Below, in pieces: positions 25,601 through 38,200 of a DNA stretch of 64,000 nt; positions within the stretch are counted from its first letter, which is position 1, and each line of letters begins with the position of its first letter. The notes beneath the pieces are model-generated. The model searched no databases and had not been told where the DNA came from. It saw only the letters and a program-made list of their open reading frames with translations. Source of the DNA: Isurus oxyrinchus. Taxonomy: Eukaryota. The stretch spans positions 96,720,001 through 96,784,000 of the forward strand of contig JANJGN010000007.1 of NCBI GenBank assembly GCA_026770705.1. The letters are read 5' to 3'. Position numbers and translations under genes: made by a program.

Positions 25601-28600
25601 AATGGAGACCTCCAGAAAGCTGCAGACCCGAGAAAGATTATTGTCTGCAGACTGTTTTCAACGTACACAAGAAGCTATTGAAAATCAATGAGAACTACTA
25701 ACAATTACACAGGAAACTTTTAAACACTTTCATCAATTATAGCTTCGTAGAAAACATGAACAACCCCTTTGAGTGCACATATCCTGACATTGCAAAAGTT
25801 TTCTTAATTAATCACCTACCCGCCTTCCCGCTGGGTCTGTGCCCCAAATTGAAGTTTGCACAGGCCCCTCAAAATCGTACACAATTTGCAAGTTAAGGGA
25901 CTTAACAAGCTCTTCAATTAATGGCAGGGGAACTGACCGAGCCCGCTCACCAAAATAACGCGATGGCACGCGCTGACATCGGCATGCTCGCGCGACATCA
26001 ACACGTGTCATTTTACATGCCGACCTGTGGGTTACGCCATCCGCATGTCATCTGGAATATTCTGGCTTATATCACCGTCCTTTTGTCTCATTTTCACAAC
26101 AGCGTCATCCCTCCTATTTGTGATCAGTGACATACTGTATTAATTTAGAACCCTATCTACCTCTTCAGGTTCTAAACACAAATTACCACTATGATCCCTA
26201 ATGGGCCCGAATCCTCCCGAGTTATGACCTTACTGTTAATGTACTTGTAAAATAACAATGTATTTTCCTTTATTTTAGCTGCCAATGTTTGCTTATGTTC
26301 CGATTTTGTTCTCCTAATTTCATTTTTAAGTTCCCCGCTACACAATATAAACTCATCGACGGCTTCTGCTGCTTTGAGCCCTTGGTATCTGCCATAAGTC
26401 TTCCTTTTTCTCTTTATCCAATCCTGCATATCCCTCGACATCCAGTGTTCCCTGGATTTGTTGGGCCCACCCTTTATCTTCACTGGAATATGTTGGTGCT
26501 ATACTCTCCACTTTTCCTTCTTGAATGAGTCCCACTGCTCTGACAAAGATTTACATAAAAGTAGCTGCTCCAAATCAACTCTGGCCAAATCATAACTGAT
26601 CTTATTAAAATTGGCCTTCCCCCAATTTAGAACTGTTATTTATGGCTCAGTATTGTCCTTTTCCAAAACAACCTTGAAATCTAACAAAGTTACAATCACT
26701 ATCTGCAAAATGCTCCCCCATTGAATCCTCTACCACATGCCTGGCTTCATTCCTTAAAATTAAGTCCAGGACCGCACCGCTCTTGCAGTAACTTCTTCGT
26801 ACTGGCTTAAAAAACCCTCTCAAATGCATTTGAAGAATTCCACTCCCTTTAAACTATCACACTATGACTATCCCAGTTAATGTTCGGGAGGTTGAAATCC
26901 TCCACTATTACTCCCCTATTATTTTTTCATTTCTCTGAAATTTGCCTACTCATCTGCTCTTCTGTTTCTCCCCGACTGTTTGGGTGCCTACAGGACACTC
27001 CCAGCAATGTGATTTTTCCTTTTTTATTTTTCAGTTCTACCCATATGGCTTCATTTGAGGAGCCTTTTAAGATGTCATCCCTGCTTACTGCTGTAATTGA
27101 TTCCTTAATCAATATTGCGACACCCCCTCCTCTTTAACTTCCTTCCCTGTCTCGTCTGAATATTGAGCTGTCAATCCTTCCCTTCTCTAAACCATGTCTC
27201 TGTGACAGCAATGCCATCATACTTCCATGTGTGAATTTGTGCCCTTAACTCATCTGCCTTATTCATCAAGCTCCTTACATTACATCAAATACCTTCCAAT
27301 GTTGCCAAGCTCACTTTTGCCTTCACTGACCTATAACTTATTTGCCTCACTCGGTCTCTTCTAATTTTGGCTGTACATGTCCCCCTGTGGAATCTCCTCT
27401 CAGGATCCCAACACCGTGCCAAGTAGTTTAAACACGCCCCAACAGCAGGAGCATACCTCCCCATAAGGAAGTCAGTCCCTTTCCGGTTCAGGTGCAACCC
27501 GTCCACGTTGCACTGGTCCCACTGCCCCCAGAAACGGTCCCAATGTCCCAATAATCTAGAAACCTCCCTACTGCACCATTTCTCCAGCCATGCATTCAGC
27601 TGGGCTAACTTTCTATTTCTATATTCACTAGCGTGTGGCACCAGAAATAATTCAGAGATTCCTACCTTTGAGGTCCTGCTTTTTAATCTGTTTCCTAACT
27701 CCCTAAATTATGCTTGCATCACTTCATCCCTCTTTCTACCTATGTCGTTGGTACCAATATGTACCACGATCTCTGTCTGTTTGCCCTCCCCCTTTATAAT
27801 GTGGTGCAACTGTTCAGTGACATCCTTGGCTCCCTCAATAGGGAGGCAACATACCATCCTGGAATCACGGCTATGGCCTCAGAAATCACTGTCTGTTCTC
27901 CTTACTATTGAGTCTCCTACCACTATTGCTCTTCCCCTCTTTTCCCTCCCACCACCCCCCCCCCCCCCCACCCCGTGCAGCTGAGCCACTCACAGTGCCA
28001 AGAGTGTGGCTGCACTTCCCAAAGAAACCATCACTCTCACCACTTTCCAAAACAGAGAAATGGTTCTCGATCATGGTGAACCCTAGGGATTTCCTAGCTA
28101 CCTGCTTGACACCATTCTTCTGACTGACGGTCACCCATTCCCTCTCTGTCTGCATTTATGTAAGCTGTGGGGTGACCACGTCTAAAAACATGCTATCCAC
28201 GAAACTCTAAGCCTCACGGAAGCACCTCACTGCCTCCCAATTGCTGCTCAAGATCCTAAGCCCGGAACTCAAGTAGCTGCAGCTGGAGACACTTCCTGTA
28301 CACATGGTCGGTCTGAACAGAAGATGCATTTAGGACTTCCCACATATTGTATGCAGTACATTACACGGGGCTGAGCTGCCCTGTCATGCCTCTGTTTGAA
28401 ACAAAAACCTTATTTTAAGATAAATACAGTAAGCAAACGTTAAATTATTTATGCACCTTATATAAAAACTAGAACTCTTACATTTCCTTAGCTTAATCTA
28501 TTCTATCCTGGAGAAAAACTGGTGAAAACAAGCTCGAGAAAATCACTTACCCACTAGTCACCAATCCGCTATCACCTTTATACTGCCATAACCTTTTGAA

Positions 28601-28686
28601 GCTTCCCTGCCCTCACACTCGTTTTGATCACTCCATTGCTCTCTCAAGCTGTCTTGTAATGCCACTCTTTTTATTTTCAACACAAT

Positions 28687-28833
28687 CTGACTACCAGACA
28701 CTCTTCCCAGACTGCTTCACTGCGATTCTGACTGCTGGACACTCTTTCCAGACTGCTTCACCATGATGCTGACTGTAGGACACTCTTCCCAGACTGCTTC
28801 ATCGCGATCCTGACTGCAGGATATTCTTCCCAG
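28687..28833. repeat. 41-bp tandem repeat (~3.6 units) at the 5' end of CR1 'B'
   Basis: Units start CTGACT at 28687, 28728, 28769, 28810; unit approx. CTGACTGCAGGACACTCTTCCCAGACTGCTTCACCGCGATT. Confidence 0.9.
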
Positions 28834-28924
28834 AGTTATTAAATACCTCCTTAACATTCTGCCACTGCATCTCCACTCTCTTATCTTTTAAGGTAGCTTC
28901 GCATTTCACTTCAGCTAGATAATA

Positions 28925-29112
28925 AAAATGGGAAATTCTGGAAAGACTCAGCAATTCCGGTCTCATATGTAGACAAAGAAATAGAATTTATGTTTTGAGT
29001 CTGCATGATTCCTCTTTGGAGCTCTGAAGAATGCTGCTAGACCTGCCGAGTTTTTCCATTTTATTCAATATTTTGCTTCAGGTTTCCAGCATCCATAGTG
29101 TTTTGCTTTATT
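28925..29112. mobile_element. Short inverted-pLTR remnant of a Penelope-like element
   Basis: CTGGAAAGACTCAGC.. on one side and ..GACCTGCCGAGTTTTTCCA..TTTCCAGCATCC on the other, similar to the pLTR ends at 16100-16170 and 17545-17620. Confidence 0.5.
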
Positions 29113-31021
29113 TTGCATCCACATGTCTGCTTTCAAAGCCTTATAATTACCTTTATTCAGGTTTAATATACTGGTCTTTGATTCACCTGCCTCCCCTTCA
29201 AACTGAACATAAAATTGTTTCACGTTATGATTGCTGTCACCTTGAAATTCTTCCCTTTAAGGTTTTGATTAATCTTGTCTCATTACTCATTGCTAGGTCC
29301 AGGAAAGTCTGCTCCCTCGTGTCTCTAGAACGTCTGCCCCAAGAAATTGTCCAGAATTAACTCTATGAACTCTGGTTCCAGGCTAGTTTGGCCAATCTGT
29401 TTCGCCAAATCAACATGTAGATTAAAGTCACCCATGATTATTGCAGTACCTTTCTTATGCGCCCTTTTATTTCTTGTTGTATACACTGTCCTACCGTTCT
29501 ACTACTGTTAGGGGCTTATAAAATACTTCCACAAGTTTCTACTTTCATTCATTATTTCTCATCTGTACCAAAACTGATTCTACATGATGCTCTTTCAGGC
29601 CATGGTAATCTCTGACTGCTGTATTAATTGCAGCCTTAATTAGCTACCCCTCCACCTTTTCCTAGCTTCATATCATTTTGAAATGTCAAATATCCTTCAA
29701 TATTTAGTCCCAGGCTTGGTCACCCTGCAACCATGGCTCTGTAACAGTTAGCAAGTTATACATATTTATATCTATCTGTGTTAACAATTCAGCCATTTTC
29801 TTACCAGTGTTGTGTGCATTCAGATCTAGAGCCTTTAACTGTTTTTTTAAATCATTTTTACTTTCTCTGGCCTTATCTGCTGATGCACTCTTAAGTTTGC
29901 ACTGCCAGTCCCTTCCTGCCACACATTGCTATTACCCAAATCAAGACTCTGCTGTGTTACCTGGTTGTTTCTCTTTGCTTTACTACATCTGCTCTCGCAT
30001 GCTCCCTGCCCCCTCATCACCCCCACGCCCGCCATACACTATTTCGTTTACAGCCCTCTCTACCATCCTCGTTATATGATTCACCAGAACACTGGTCCCA
30101 GTACGGTTCAGGTGTCGACCATCCCAAAGAAACAGCTGACATTTTCCTCAGTACTATTGCCAGTGCCCCATTTCTACCACGTTAGTCTTTGAGCCGCGTT
30201 TTCATATTTCTAATCTCATTTACCCTGCGCCAATTTGCTCGTGGCCCACTAATAATCCATAGATTGTCTCATACTCCATTTGTCATTAGCACCTACACGG
30301 ACCACTATAACTGGATTTTTCCCCTCCCACTGCAGGTTCCACTCCAACCCCGAGCAAATGTCTCAAATCTTGGCAAAGGGCAGGCAGCACAGAGGTTTAG
30401 ACTCACGCTCTCGATTGTCGTGAACTGTGCCTACCCCCCTGACTATACATTTCCATACTACGACTATATTCTGATTAACTGCCCCTGCTTGAATGACTTC
30501 CTGTACCCGTGGTCAGTTTACTCACCCACCTTGGATTTTTCGGTTTTATCTTTACAGGCTCCAAGAACCTCGACCCTGTTGGGTAATTGCTAGGGCAATG
30601 AAGTTCGTAGTCAGAGGCTACCGTGGGTTATGGCTATTATGGTTTATTGGCATTTTCTCTTGTACACTCGGTGAATGTGCGATAGCGCATGGGCTCGATT
30701 AATTGTGCTGACTTTGCTGAAGTCTCTAAATTATTCCCGCAATTGCAGCAGGGGAGATAAATAATTATCTTCAGAAGCGTGATTTAGCCCTTCAGTATTT
30801 TCTTCTACGACAGCAGTTGTGATTAATTCGTGGTTTTATTGACGCTTTTCACACACAATTATAGGCGAAGATCTTATCTCAAAAAACAAATGCCGTCAGT
30901 GAAAGCATTTCTAGCTTTCTGCATCAGCATTCATCACTTTCACGTATCTTCTAAGTTAGTGTTTCTAATTCATCACAGGGCGGTACGTACGTGTAGTATA
31001 TTGCCAGATTCAGCTGCGAAC

Positions 31022-31067
31022 ATGTTTTTACTTCCCTGGCTATTGGTGTTGGAGATTAAATGTACAG
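31022..31067 (+). CDS. Gene 1 leader exon (MFLLPWLLVLEIKCT)
   Basis: ATG, hydrophobic stretch, phase-1 donor ACAG|GTATAT. Alternative leader candidates exist (see findings). Confidence 0.55.
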
Positions 31068-32089
31068 GTATATTTTCTTGTTCTTTGACGTAGCGCAAAA
31101 ATGCAGCAGCCGCTGGAAATGTAGTATTTGTTTCTAATTTTATGTGCTTCAATTATTTTTTGTTAATGCTGAACGAATTTTCTCTGAACGGTTTATTGTT
31201 GTGCACATTTCGAAGTTAAAACGTTGGATTTAATGCACGAGGGTGTCTGATTAACATCAATGATATTGGTGCAATTGGATTATGGCAATAACAACATCTT
31301 TTTCAACTTGGTAGATTCTCTGGAATTATTCAGTTTAAGTCTCAGGATATTGTGGAACTTAAAAAATCCAATTTCGCATTTCCCTGCACTACGTTCAAAA
31401 AGGTTGGGTTACCAATATTAATACATAAACCATGTATTAAAAGTAAGGCTATTAAACGTTTTACGCATGCAGTCCTTGCTGCAGTTAATGTTCCTAACAC
31501 TGACTTGGACACCGGTATTGAAACAGGGCGATTATATTATTTATGAACAACCTCGTTAAATGCACAAGGAATTATCTTCAAATGCGTGTGCGAGCATATT
31601 ATTGGTTATAAACCGCATGGATAAAATGAAGTAAGACAACAGACAATTCCGGATTCCAAGGAGAAATTAACCGTGTCTGCTAAACATAATTTAATAGAGG
31701 CAAATACAGTGTGATGTACTTGGATCATATGTAGCAGCATATCGCCCGTGATGACGGTCCGTATGGTCAACGATGGTGAGTTGCAGGAAGATGTGAGATA
31801 TACATGATCTGACCATGACCAGCAAAATAAAACTATTTCCAACTTGAAAGTGGTGTTACAATGTATCAACAGGGCAATTAAATGCTACAGTTGAAAACAG
31901 ACCGGTCAATGTCCCTTCGTCTCAGAGTGACTTCAAGGACTTAAACCACGCGTCGCGCCAATCAAGTATCGTTTGAAGTGCTCCTTGTCTGATTCATGAA
32001 ACCTTCAAGTTCTGTTCGTGAAGGCATGGGCAATTCAAAATGTACCCGTGCAGCTTGCGCTTCACATCAGATCAGTTTTTGTAAGAGCA

Positions 32090-34268
32090 AGCTGAAGTGA
32101 ATTGGCAAATTAGGTTCAGGGACAGCTCAATAGAGATGCAGTGGCTAATATTTAAGGGTATGTTTCAGAATGCTCAGAAGAGATACATTCCAACGAATAC
32201 GAAAACGTCCAAGGGGCGGACACATTAACCGTGGCTAACTAGAAAGGTTAAGGATAGTATCAAACTTAAAGAAAAAGCATATAACTATGCAAAGATAAGT
32301 GGCAGGTCAGAAGATGGGATACAATATAATAAACAGAAAATAATGACTAAAAAACTAATAAGGAGGGAAACATTTGGGTATGAGAGAAAGCTAGCCAGGA
32401 ATATAAAAATAGATAGTAAAAGTTTTTATAAATATTTTTAAAAAGAAAAGAATAAACAAAGTGAGCGTTGGTCCTATAGAAAATGAGAATGGAGAATTGA
32501 GACTGGAATAAAAATAGATCACAGATGAATTGAGCAGGTATTTTGTATCAGTTTTCAATATACAGAATACAAGTAACATCCCAGCATACGCTATAAACCA
32601 CAGATTGGAAGTGGGGAAGGAAGTCAGGAAAACTACATTCTCCAGTTAAGTGATACTAAGTAAACTGTTGGAACTAAGGTCTGACAAGAGCCCAGGCCCA
32701 GCTGGAATTCATCCTAGGGCCTTAAAGGAAGTGTCTATTGAGATAGTTGATGCATTGGTTTTACTTTCCTGAATCTCCCTGGATTCAGGGAAGGTCTCAT
32801 TAGATTGGAAGATAGAAAATGTAACTCCATAATTCAAAAAGAGAGGGAGGCAGAAAGCGAAAATCTACAGGCCAGTTAGCCTAACATCTGTCGGCCAGAA
32901 AATGTTAGAACTATTATTAAAGAAGTTATAGCAGGGCACCTGGATAAGCTCACGGTCATCTGGCAGAGCCAACAGGGTTTTGTGCAAGGGAAATGGTGCT
33001 TCACCAACTTAAGGCAGTTCTTTGAGGAAGTAACATGCTGTGTATAAAGGGGAACGGTGGATGTACTGTACTTAGATTTCCAGAAGGCATTTGATAAAGT
33101 GTTACATCAAAGGTTATTGTGGAAAATAAAAGCTCATTGTATAGTGGGTAACATTTTGTCATAGATAGAAGATTGACTGGCTAATAGGAAGCAGAGAGAA
33201 GGCTTAAATGGGTCTTTTTTCAGGTTGGCATTGAATGATGTGCCACAGAGATATTTCAAGGAGGAGCTTTTAATTTAGGAGCTCTCTCTTTTTTTTACAC
33301 TTTTTATAAATGATTTGGATGAAGGTATCGAAAGGATCGTTGCCAGCTTTGCTGATAACACAAATATAGGTAGGAAAGTAAGTTGTGAAGTGGACATACG
33401 GAGGCTACAAAAAGTAATAAATAGGTTAAGTGAGCGGGTGAAGATCTGGCAAATGGATTATAATGCGGGAAAATGTGAAATTGTTCATTTTGGCAGGAAG
33501 ATTAAAAGAGAAGCATATTATCCAAATGGTAAGAGATTGCAGAGCTCTGATGTGCAGAGGAATCTGGGTGTTCTAGTGCATGAATCACAGATGTCTAGTA
33601 TGCAAGCACAGCAAGTAATTTGGAAAGCCAGTAGAATGTTACCATTTATTGTGAGGCGAATTGAATGTAAAAGTAGGGATGTTATGCTTCAGTTGTACAG
33701 GGCACTAGTGAGGCAACATTTAACGTGCTATGTACAGTATAGATCACCTTATTTAAGGAAGGATGTGAATGTGTTTCGAAGATTTGACAGAAGGCTTACC
33801 AGACTAATACCTGGAATGGGTATGTTGGCTTATGTTGGACAGACTAGGCTTATATCTGCTGGAGTTTGGAAGAGTAAAAGGTGACTTGATTGAAATACAT
33901 ATGATCCTGAGGGGTCTTAACAGAATGGATACGGAGAGGATGTTTCCTCTTGTGTAAGAATTTAGAAATAGGGGTCACTATTTAAAAATAAGCGATCCCC
34001 AATTTAAAACAGAGATGAGGAGAATGTTTTTCTCGCAGAAAGTCATGAGTCTTTGGAACTGTCCTCCTTAAAATTTGGTGGAAGCAGGGTATTTTAATAT
34101 TTTTAAGGCAGAGGTGGATAGAATTTCGATAAGCAAGGAGGTGATGGAATGCAGATTTCTGGATACTCTCAGGTCAGCCATGATCTTATTAGTTCGCAGA
34201 ACAGGCTCGAGGGATTTAATGGTCTACCGTTGGTCCTTGTTCGTAAGTTCGTATGTTCATATGTTCGT
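32090..34268 (+). mobile_element. CR1 LINE RT and 3' end in intron 1 of gene 1
   Basis: ORF 33315-33884 (SFADNT, KCEIVHFG, LYRALVR); tail TTCGTATGTTCATATGTTCGT. Confidence 0.87.
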
Positions 34269-34496
34269 TAATGAGGTATTAAGGCAGAGCAATTCCACAA
34301 GAACACCGTCAGATCTCACAGATTAAAGTGAAAGTGCTACAGTTAGCTCCTGTAGTATTCCATATTGTTGGCTTACAGCTTGCATTTATTCATCAGGAAA
34401 TATTCCTACTTAGCAAATCAATGATTATTGCCAGCAAACCATATGTTCGTGGTATATTCAATTGCTGCTGCATTTATTTGTTCATGATTGTTACAG

Positions 34497-34798
34497 ATGC
34501 GCGGAAAAGAGTGTCCCAAACCCCTGTAAGGGCCAAGGTGGTAGCAGTACTTTCTATTGCGCTATCCCCCTTTACCATGATAATTCCGATGTGAGTATCT
34601 ACTGGTGGAAACTAGGAGAAAATCAATATCTGCACTCATGTGAAGACAAAAAAATACGATTCCTTTCTTTGAGGAAAGGCGTGGCCTCTTTACAGCTCCA
34701 GAATGTTAGCGGTGGTGACTCAGGAGTTTACTTCTGCGGAGTGAGACGTTCCCATAGTCGGATTATAAATGGAACTGGATCCAAGCTTGTTATCAATG
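34497..34798 (+). CDS. Gene 1 V-set exon with fused J-like segment (frameshift at ~34526-34536)
   Basis: Acceptor TTACAG|, donor ATG|GTAAGT. DARKRVSQTP / GGSSTFYC..SIYWWK..ASLQLQNV..DSGVYFC..NGTGSKLVIN. Length 302 nt, not a multiple of 3. Confidence 0.9.
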
Positions 34799-34825
34799 GT
34801 AAGTGGAATGTCTACATGTACTCAT

Positions 34826-34870
34826 TCACACACAGACAGACACGAACGCACAGACACACACACACACACA
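34826..34870. repeat. Imperfect (CA)n microsatellite
   Basis: CACACACAGACAGACACGAACGCACAGACACACACACACACA. Confidence 0.8.
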
Positions 34871-35229
34871 AAGAGAGAGCAAACACGGCCAAACACCTGC
34901 TGACCGATTTAAGATTATATCGTGATTCATAACTTGGACATTAAAGAGTATATTTCATATATTTTAGAATTTAGGCTAAATTCTTATCCAATACCTATTC
35001 TTACTTCGGCATACTCTGGCTCAATTTACATTTGAAACAGACGGGAACTAAAAATAATGCTCGACAAATGCCATTTTGTCGCATTATTTTCTGTATTTAA
35101 CTCCATTTTAGCGAGGGCGAGTGTCCGATTTTCAATGGTAAATCTGATATTTGAATCAGAACATGATGGATAATCTTTTCCCTTTTGTAGCAAGTTAATT
35201 GTGGGAATAAAATCTCTATGTTAATCTCA

Positions 35230-38200
35230 GAATCACAGAAATCACAGAATTGTTACAGCGCAGAAGCAAGCCATTCAACCCATCCTGTCTGCACCGCTCT
35301 CCTAATAAGCAATTCACTGAGTGCCACTCTCCCGCCTCCTCCCAGTAACCCTGCACATTCTTCGTTTCAGATAGTCTAATTCCACTCCGAATGCTTCGAT
35401 TGAACCTGCCTCTACCAAAGTCTCGGGGGGTGGTGGGGGTGGTGGGGGGGGGGGGGGGTCCGGTGGGTGGGGGGTGGGGGGTTCATTCTAAAACGTAACC
35501 AGTCCCTGCAGGATAGGTTTTTCCTCATGGTGTTTTTGCTTATTTTGTCAAACATTTTAATACTGCGCACCCTTGTTCTCGAGCTTTCATGAGTGGGAAC
35601 AGTTTATTCCTATTTACTCTGATCAATGCCTTATAGGTTTCAATAGCTCTATAAAATCTCCCCTCAGCCTTCTCCTCTCCAAAGAAAACAGTCCCAACTT
35701 CTCCAGTGTATCTTCTTAACCGAGGTTCCTTATCACTGGAAACATTCTTCTGAGTCTTTACTGCAGTCTCTGCCATGCCTTCATGTCTTTCCTAAAGTGC
35801 GGCACCCAAAACTGGACACAGTACTCCAGCTGAGGCCTAACTGGTGTCCTGTGTAAGTTCAGCACAACCTCCTTGTTCGTGCATGCTATGGCCCCATTAA
35901 TAAAGCCCAGGATGCTGTTCTTCACCACCACTCTCGTAACTCGCTCTGCCACCTTCAATGACTTATGCACAGATACTCCCAGGACCCTTTGCTCCTGCAC
36001 CCCCTTCAGAGTTGTACCCTTTATTTTCTATTGTATTTCCATATTCTTCGAACCAAAACCAATTACCTGACATTTCTCTGCTTTGAACTTCATTTGCCCT
36101 CTGTCCACCCATTCACCAACGTGCTCTGTCCTTTTGAAGTTCTGCACTATCCTCCTCACACTTCAGAGTGCTTTCAAGTTTGTGCATTATACAAAAACAT
36201 TGAAGTTGTGCTCTGCATACCAAGGCCTAGGTCAGTAATATCCATTAGGACAAGCAAGTGTCCCAAAATTGACACCCGGGGAATTCCACTACAAACCTTC
36301 TTCCAGCCTAAAAGACATCCATTAACCAGTATTGCCTGTTTCCTGTCATACAGCCAATTCTGTACCCATGTTTCTCCTTTCCACTTTATTCCATAAGTTA
36401 TAACTTTGCACAAAAGTCTGTTGTGCAGCATTATATCAAATGCCTTTTCAATGTCCATGTGCACCACAACAACATCATCCTCATCAACCTTATCTGTAGC
36501 TTCTTCAAAAAATATAAACTCCAGAAAATTTGTTATACACGGTTTTCCCTGAACAAATCCATGCTGGATTTCCTTACTTAACACGCATTTGCCCAGGCTT
36601 TTACTTTCTCAACGTTCTCCCCCACCATTCAGCCCCTCCCCCACAGCCATGGAAGTTAACCTAACTCGCCCGGAGTCTCTAGGGTAATCTTTAAAACACC
36701 TTTTAAACAAGGTATAACATTTTCAATTTCCAGTCCCCTGGAGCCACCAGAGTATATGGAAGTCTGGAAAATTATGACCAATGCGGCTGCAATTTCCATT
36801 CACACTTCCCTCGGTATATTTGGACAAATCTCATCCTGCCCTGGTGCTTTATCAACATTAAATATGGAAATCCTCTGCAACTGCACCTCCATTTCAATTT
36901 AAAATCTCTCTAGCGTATTAAATACTGTCCAGTTCCCCTCTGTGATACGTCAGCTAACCCTCCCTGCTTCCATGTGTAAATCCTCTTTTTGGTCTCTATT
37001 CAGCGCAACTCCCCCTTATACCATGATATTACCATTTATATGCATATTGAAGATTTATGTATTCACTGTGATTTTAACTGCCTATCTCTTTTCTTAGCCC
37101 CTTTTTGCTTCCCTTATTTGCTTTTTCAGTTTTGCTCTGAACCTTCTATATGCAGCCTGGTTCTTCGTTATATTGTCTACTTGGCATCTGTCATAAGCCC
37201 ACTTTTTTTCCTTCATGTTAATATCTATCTCTTTTGTCATCCAGGGAGCTCTGGATTTGTTTGCCATATCCTTCCTATTCGAGGGCATATACTGTGCTTG
37301 ATCTACCTCTTCATTGGAGTTAGCTCATTGTTAGCTACTTCTCTTCATGTGAACTGTTGATTCCAATTTATTTGGTCCAGATCCATTTTTACTCCAGTTG
37401 TAGTTGGCTTACCCCAAGTTAATAATTATTACTCCAGATTATTCTTTGTCCTTTGCCATGGCCAATCCAAACCTTTTGATTCAATGATCACGGCACCCTA
37501 ATGTTCTCCTGCTGATCCACTTGGCCGAAATATTTCCCAAAGATCAGGTCCAGCAGTGCCTCCCCTGTCATTGGACTGAGAATATACTACTGTAGGAAGT
37601 TTTCATGGATAGGCTCGAGAAACACTTGCCCCTCTCTGCCCTTTATGCTACTACCATCCCAGTCTATATTCTGATAACCGAAGACCCCATTGTCACTACT
37701 TAATAATTCTTATCGATATCTTCAACTTATTTGCAGATTTGTTCCTGATGTCCCGTCCACTTGTTGTTGGCCTCTAGACAGCACCCAGAAATTCAATTGC
37801 ACATTTCTTGTTATTCAGCCCTAGCCAAAAAGATTCAGCCCTTGACCACTCTGGGACACCCTCTCTCTCCAGCGCTACAATTCTCGCCTCAATCAATACC
37901 ATCACCCCACCCCCATTTTTCTTCCTTTCCTATCTTTCCTGAACACTTCTTATCCAGGAACATTTAACATTCAGTTCTGTCCTTCTTTGAACCAGGTCTC
38001 TGTTATACCCAAATCATCACAGGGAATCTGAGCCTGTAACTCAACAATTTTAGTGACCTCGCTCCACGCATTGACATACATGCATGGTAATCCTGATTTA
38101 GACATCATTCCTTTCTCCCTTACTCTGTCCCCAACTAACAACATACTATTCTTACATACATTCCTTCTCTAGTGCTATCTATCTCTCCTAGGTTTCTGTA

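Larger units (their letters stand above)
16064..26067. mobile_element. Harbinger (PIF) DNA transposon, decayed autonomous-type copy
   Basis: Imperfect TIRs GGGCAGAATTTTAC (16064) / GGAATATTCTGGCT (26054-26067), 10/14 match; 3-bp flanks AAT / TAT; convergent Myb/SANT and DDE nuclease genes; CR1 'B' resumes after 26067. Confidence 0.8.
14428..28833 (-). mobile_element. Near full-length CR1 LINE 'B' (ORF1 Zn-finger/SGNH esterase, ORF2 APE-RT), split by a Harbinger insertion
   Basis: (CATAGAGT)-type tail at ~14430-14450; RT 14973-15962; APE 26647-27112; ORF1 ~27285-28387 (VVGDSIVR, DGLHLN). Flanked by AGAGTCAT / AGAGTTAT putative TSD. Confidence 0.82.
12260..30590 (-). mobile_element. CR1 LINE 'A', outer host of the nest (pieces ~12260-14427 and ~28834-30590)
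   Basis: 3' end WNSLPQKAVGARSLNLFKAELDKF at 12277-12486. Sequence breaks at ~14427 and resumes at ~28834; endonuclease start (LNAHN...VTEPWLQGDQ) at 29704-29850. Confidence 0.75.

Noticed and set aside
28687-28833. CRISPR-like array
   Set aside because: Head-to-tail tandem units with no unique spacers, eukaryotic context, no cas genes.
31601-31612. ATTGG-TTATAAA promoter-like motif in intron 1
   Set aside because: CCAAT and TATA are adjacent rather than properly spaced, and no convincing downstream exon.
34738-34770. CATAGTC after the second Cys as a relic RSS heptamer; CACAGTG heptamers elsewhere
   Set aside because: No nonamer at 12/23 spacing, not conserved in gene 2, and the perfect CACAGTG hits I saw lie inside LINE fragments.
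35425-35481. G-quadruplex-like tract in intron 2
   Set aside because: Simple G-run expansion inside a decayed CR1; no evidence of function.
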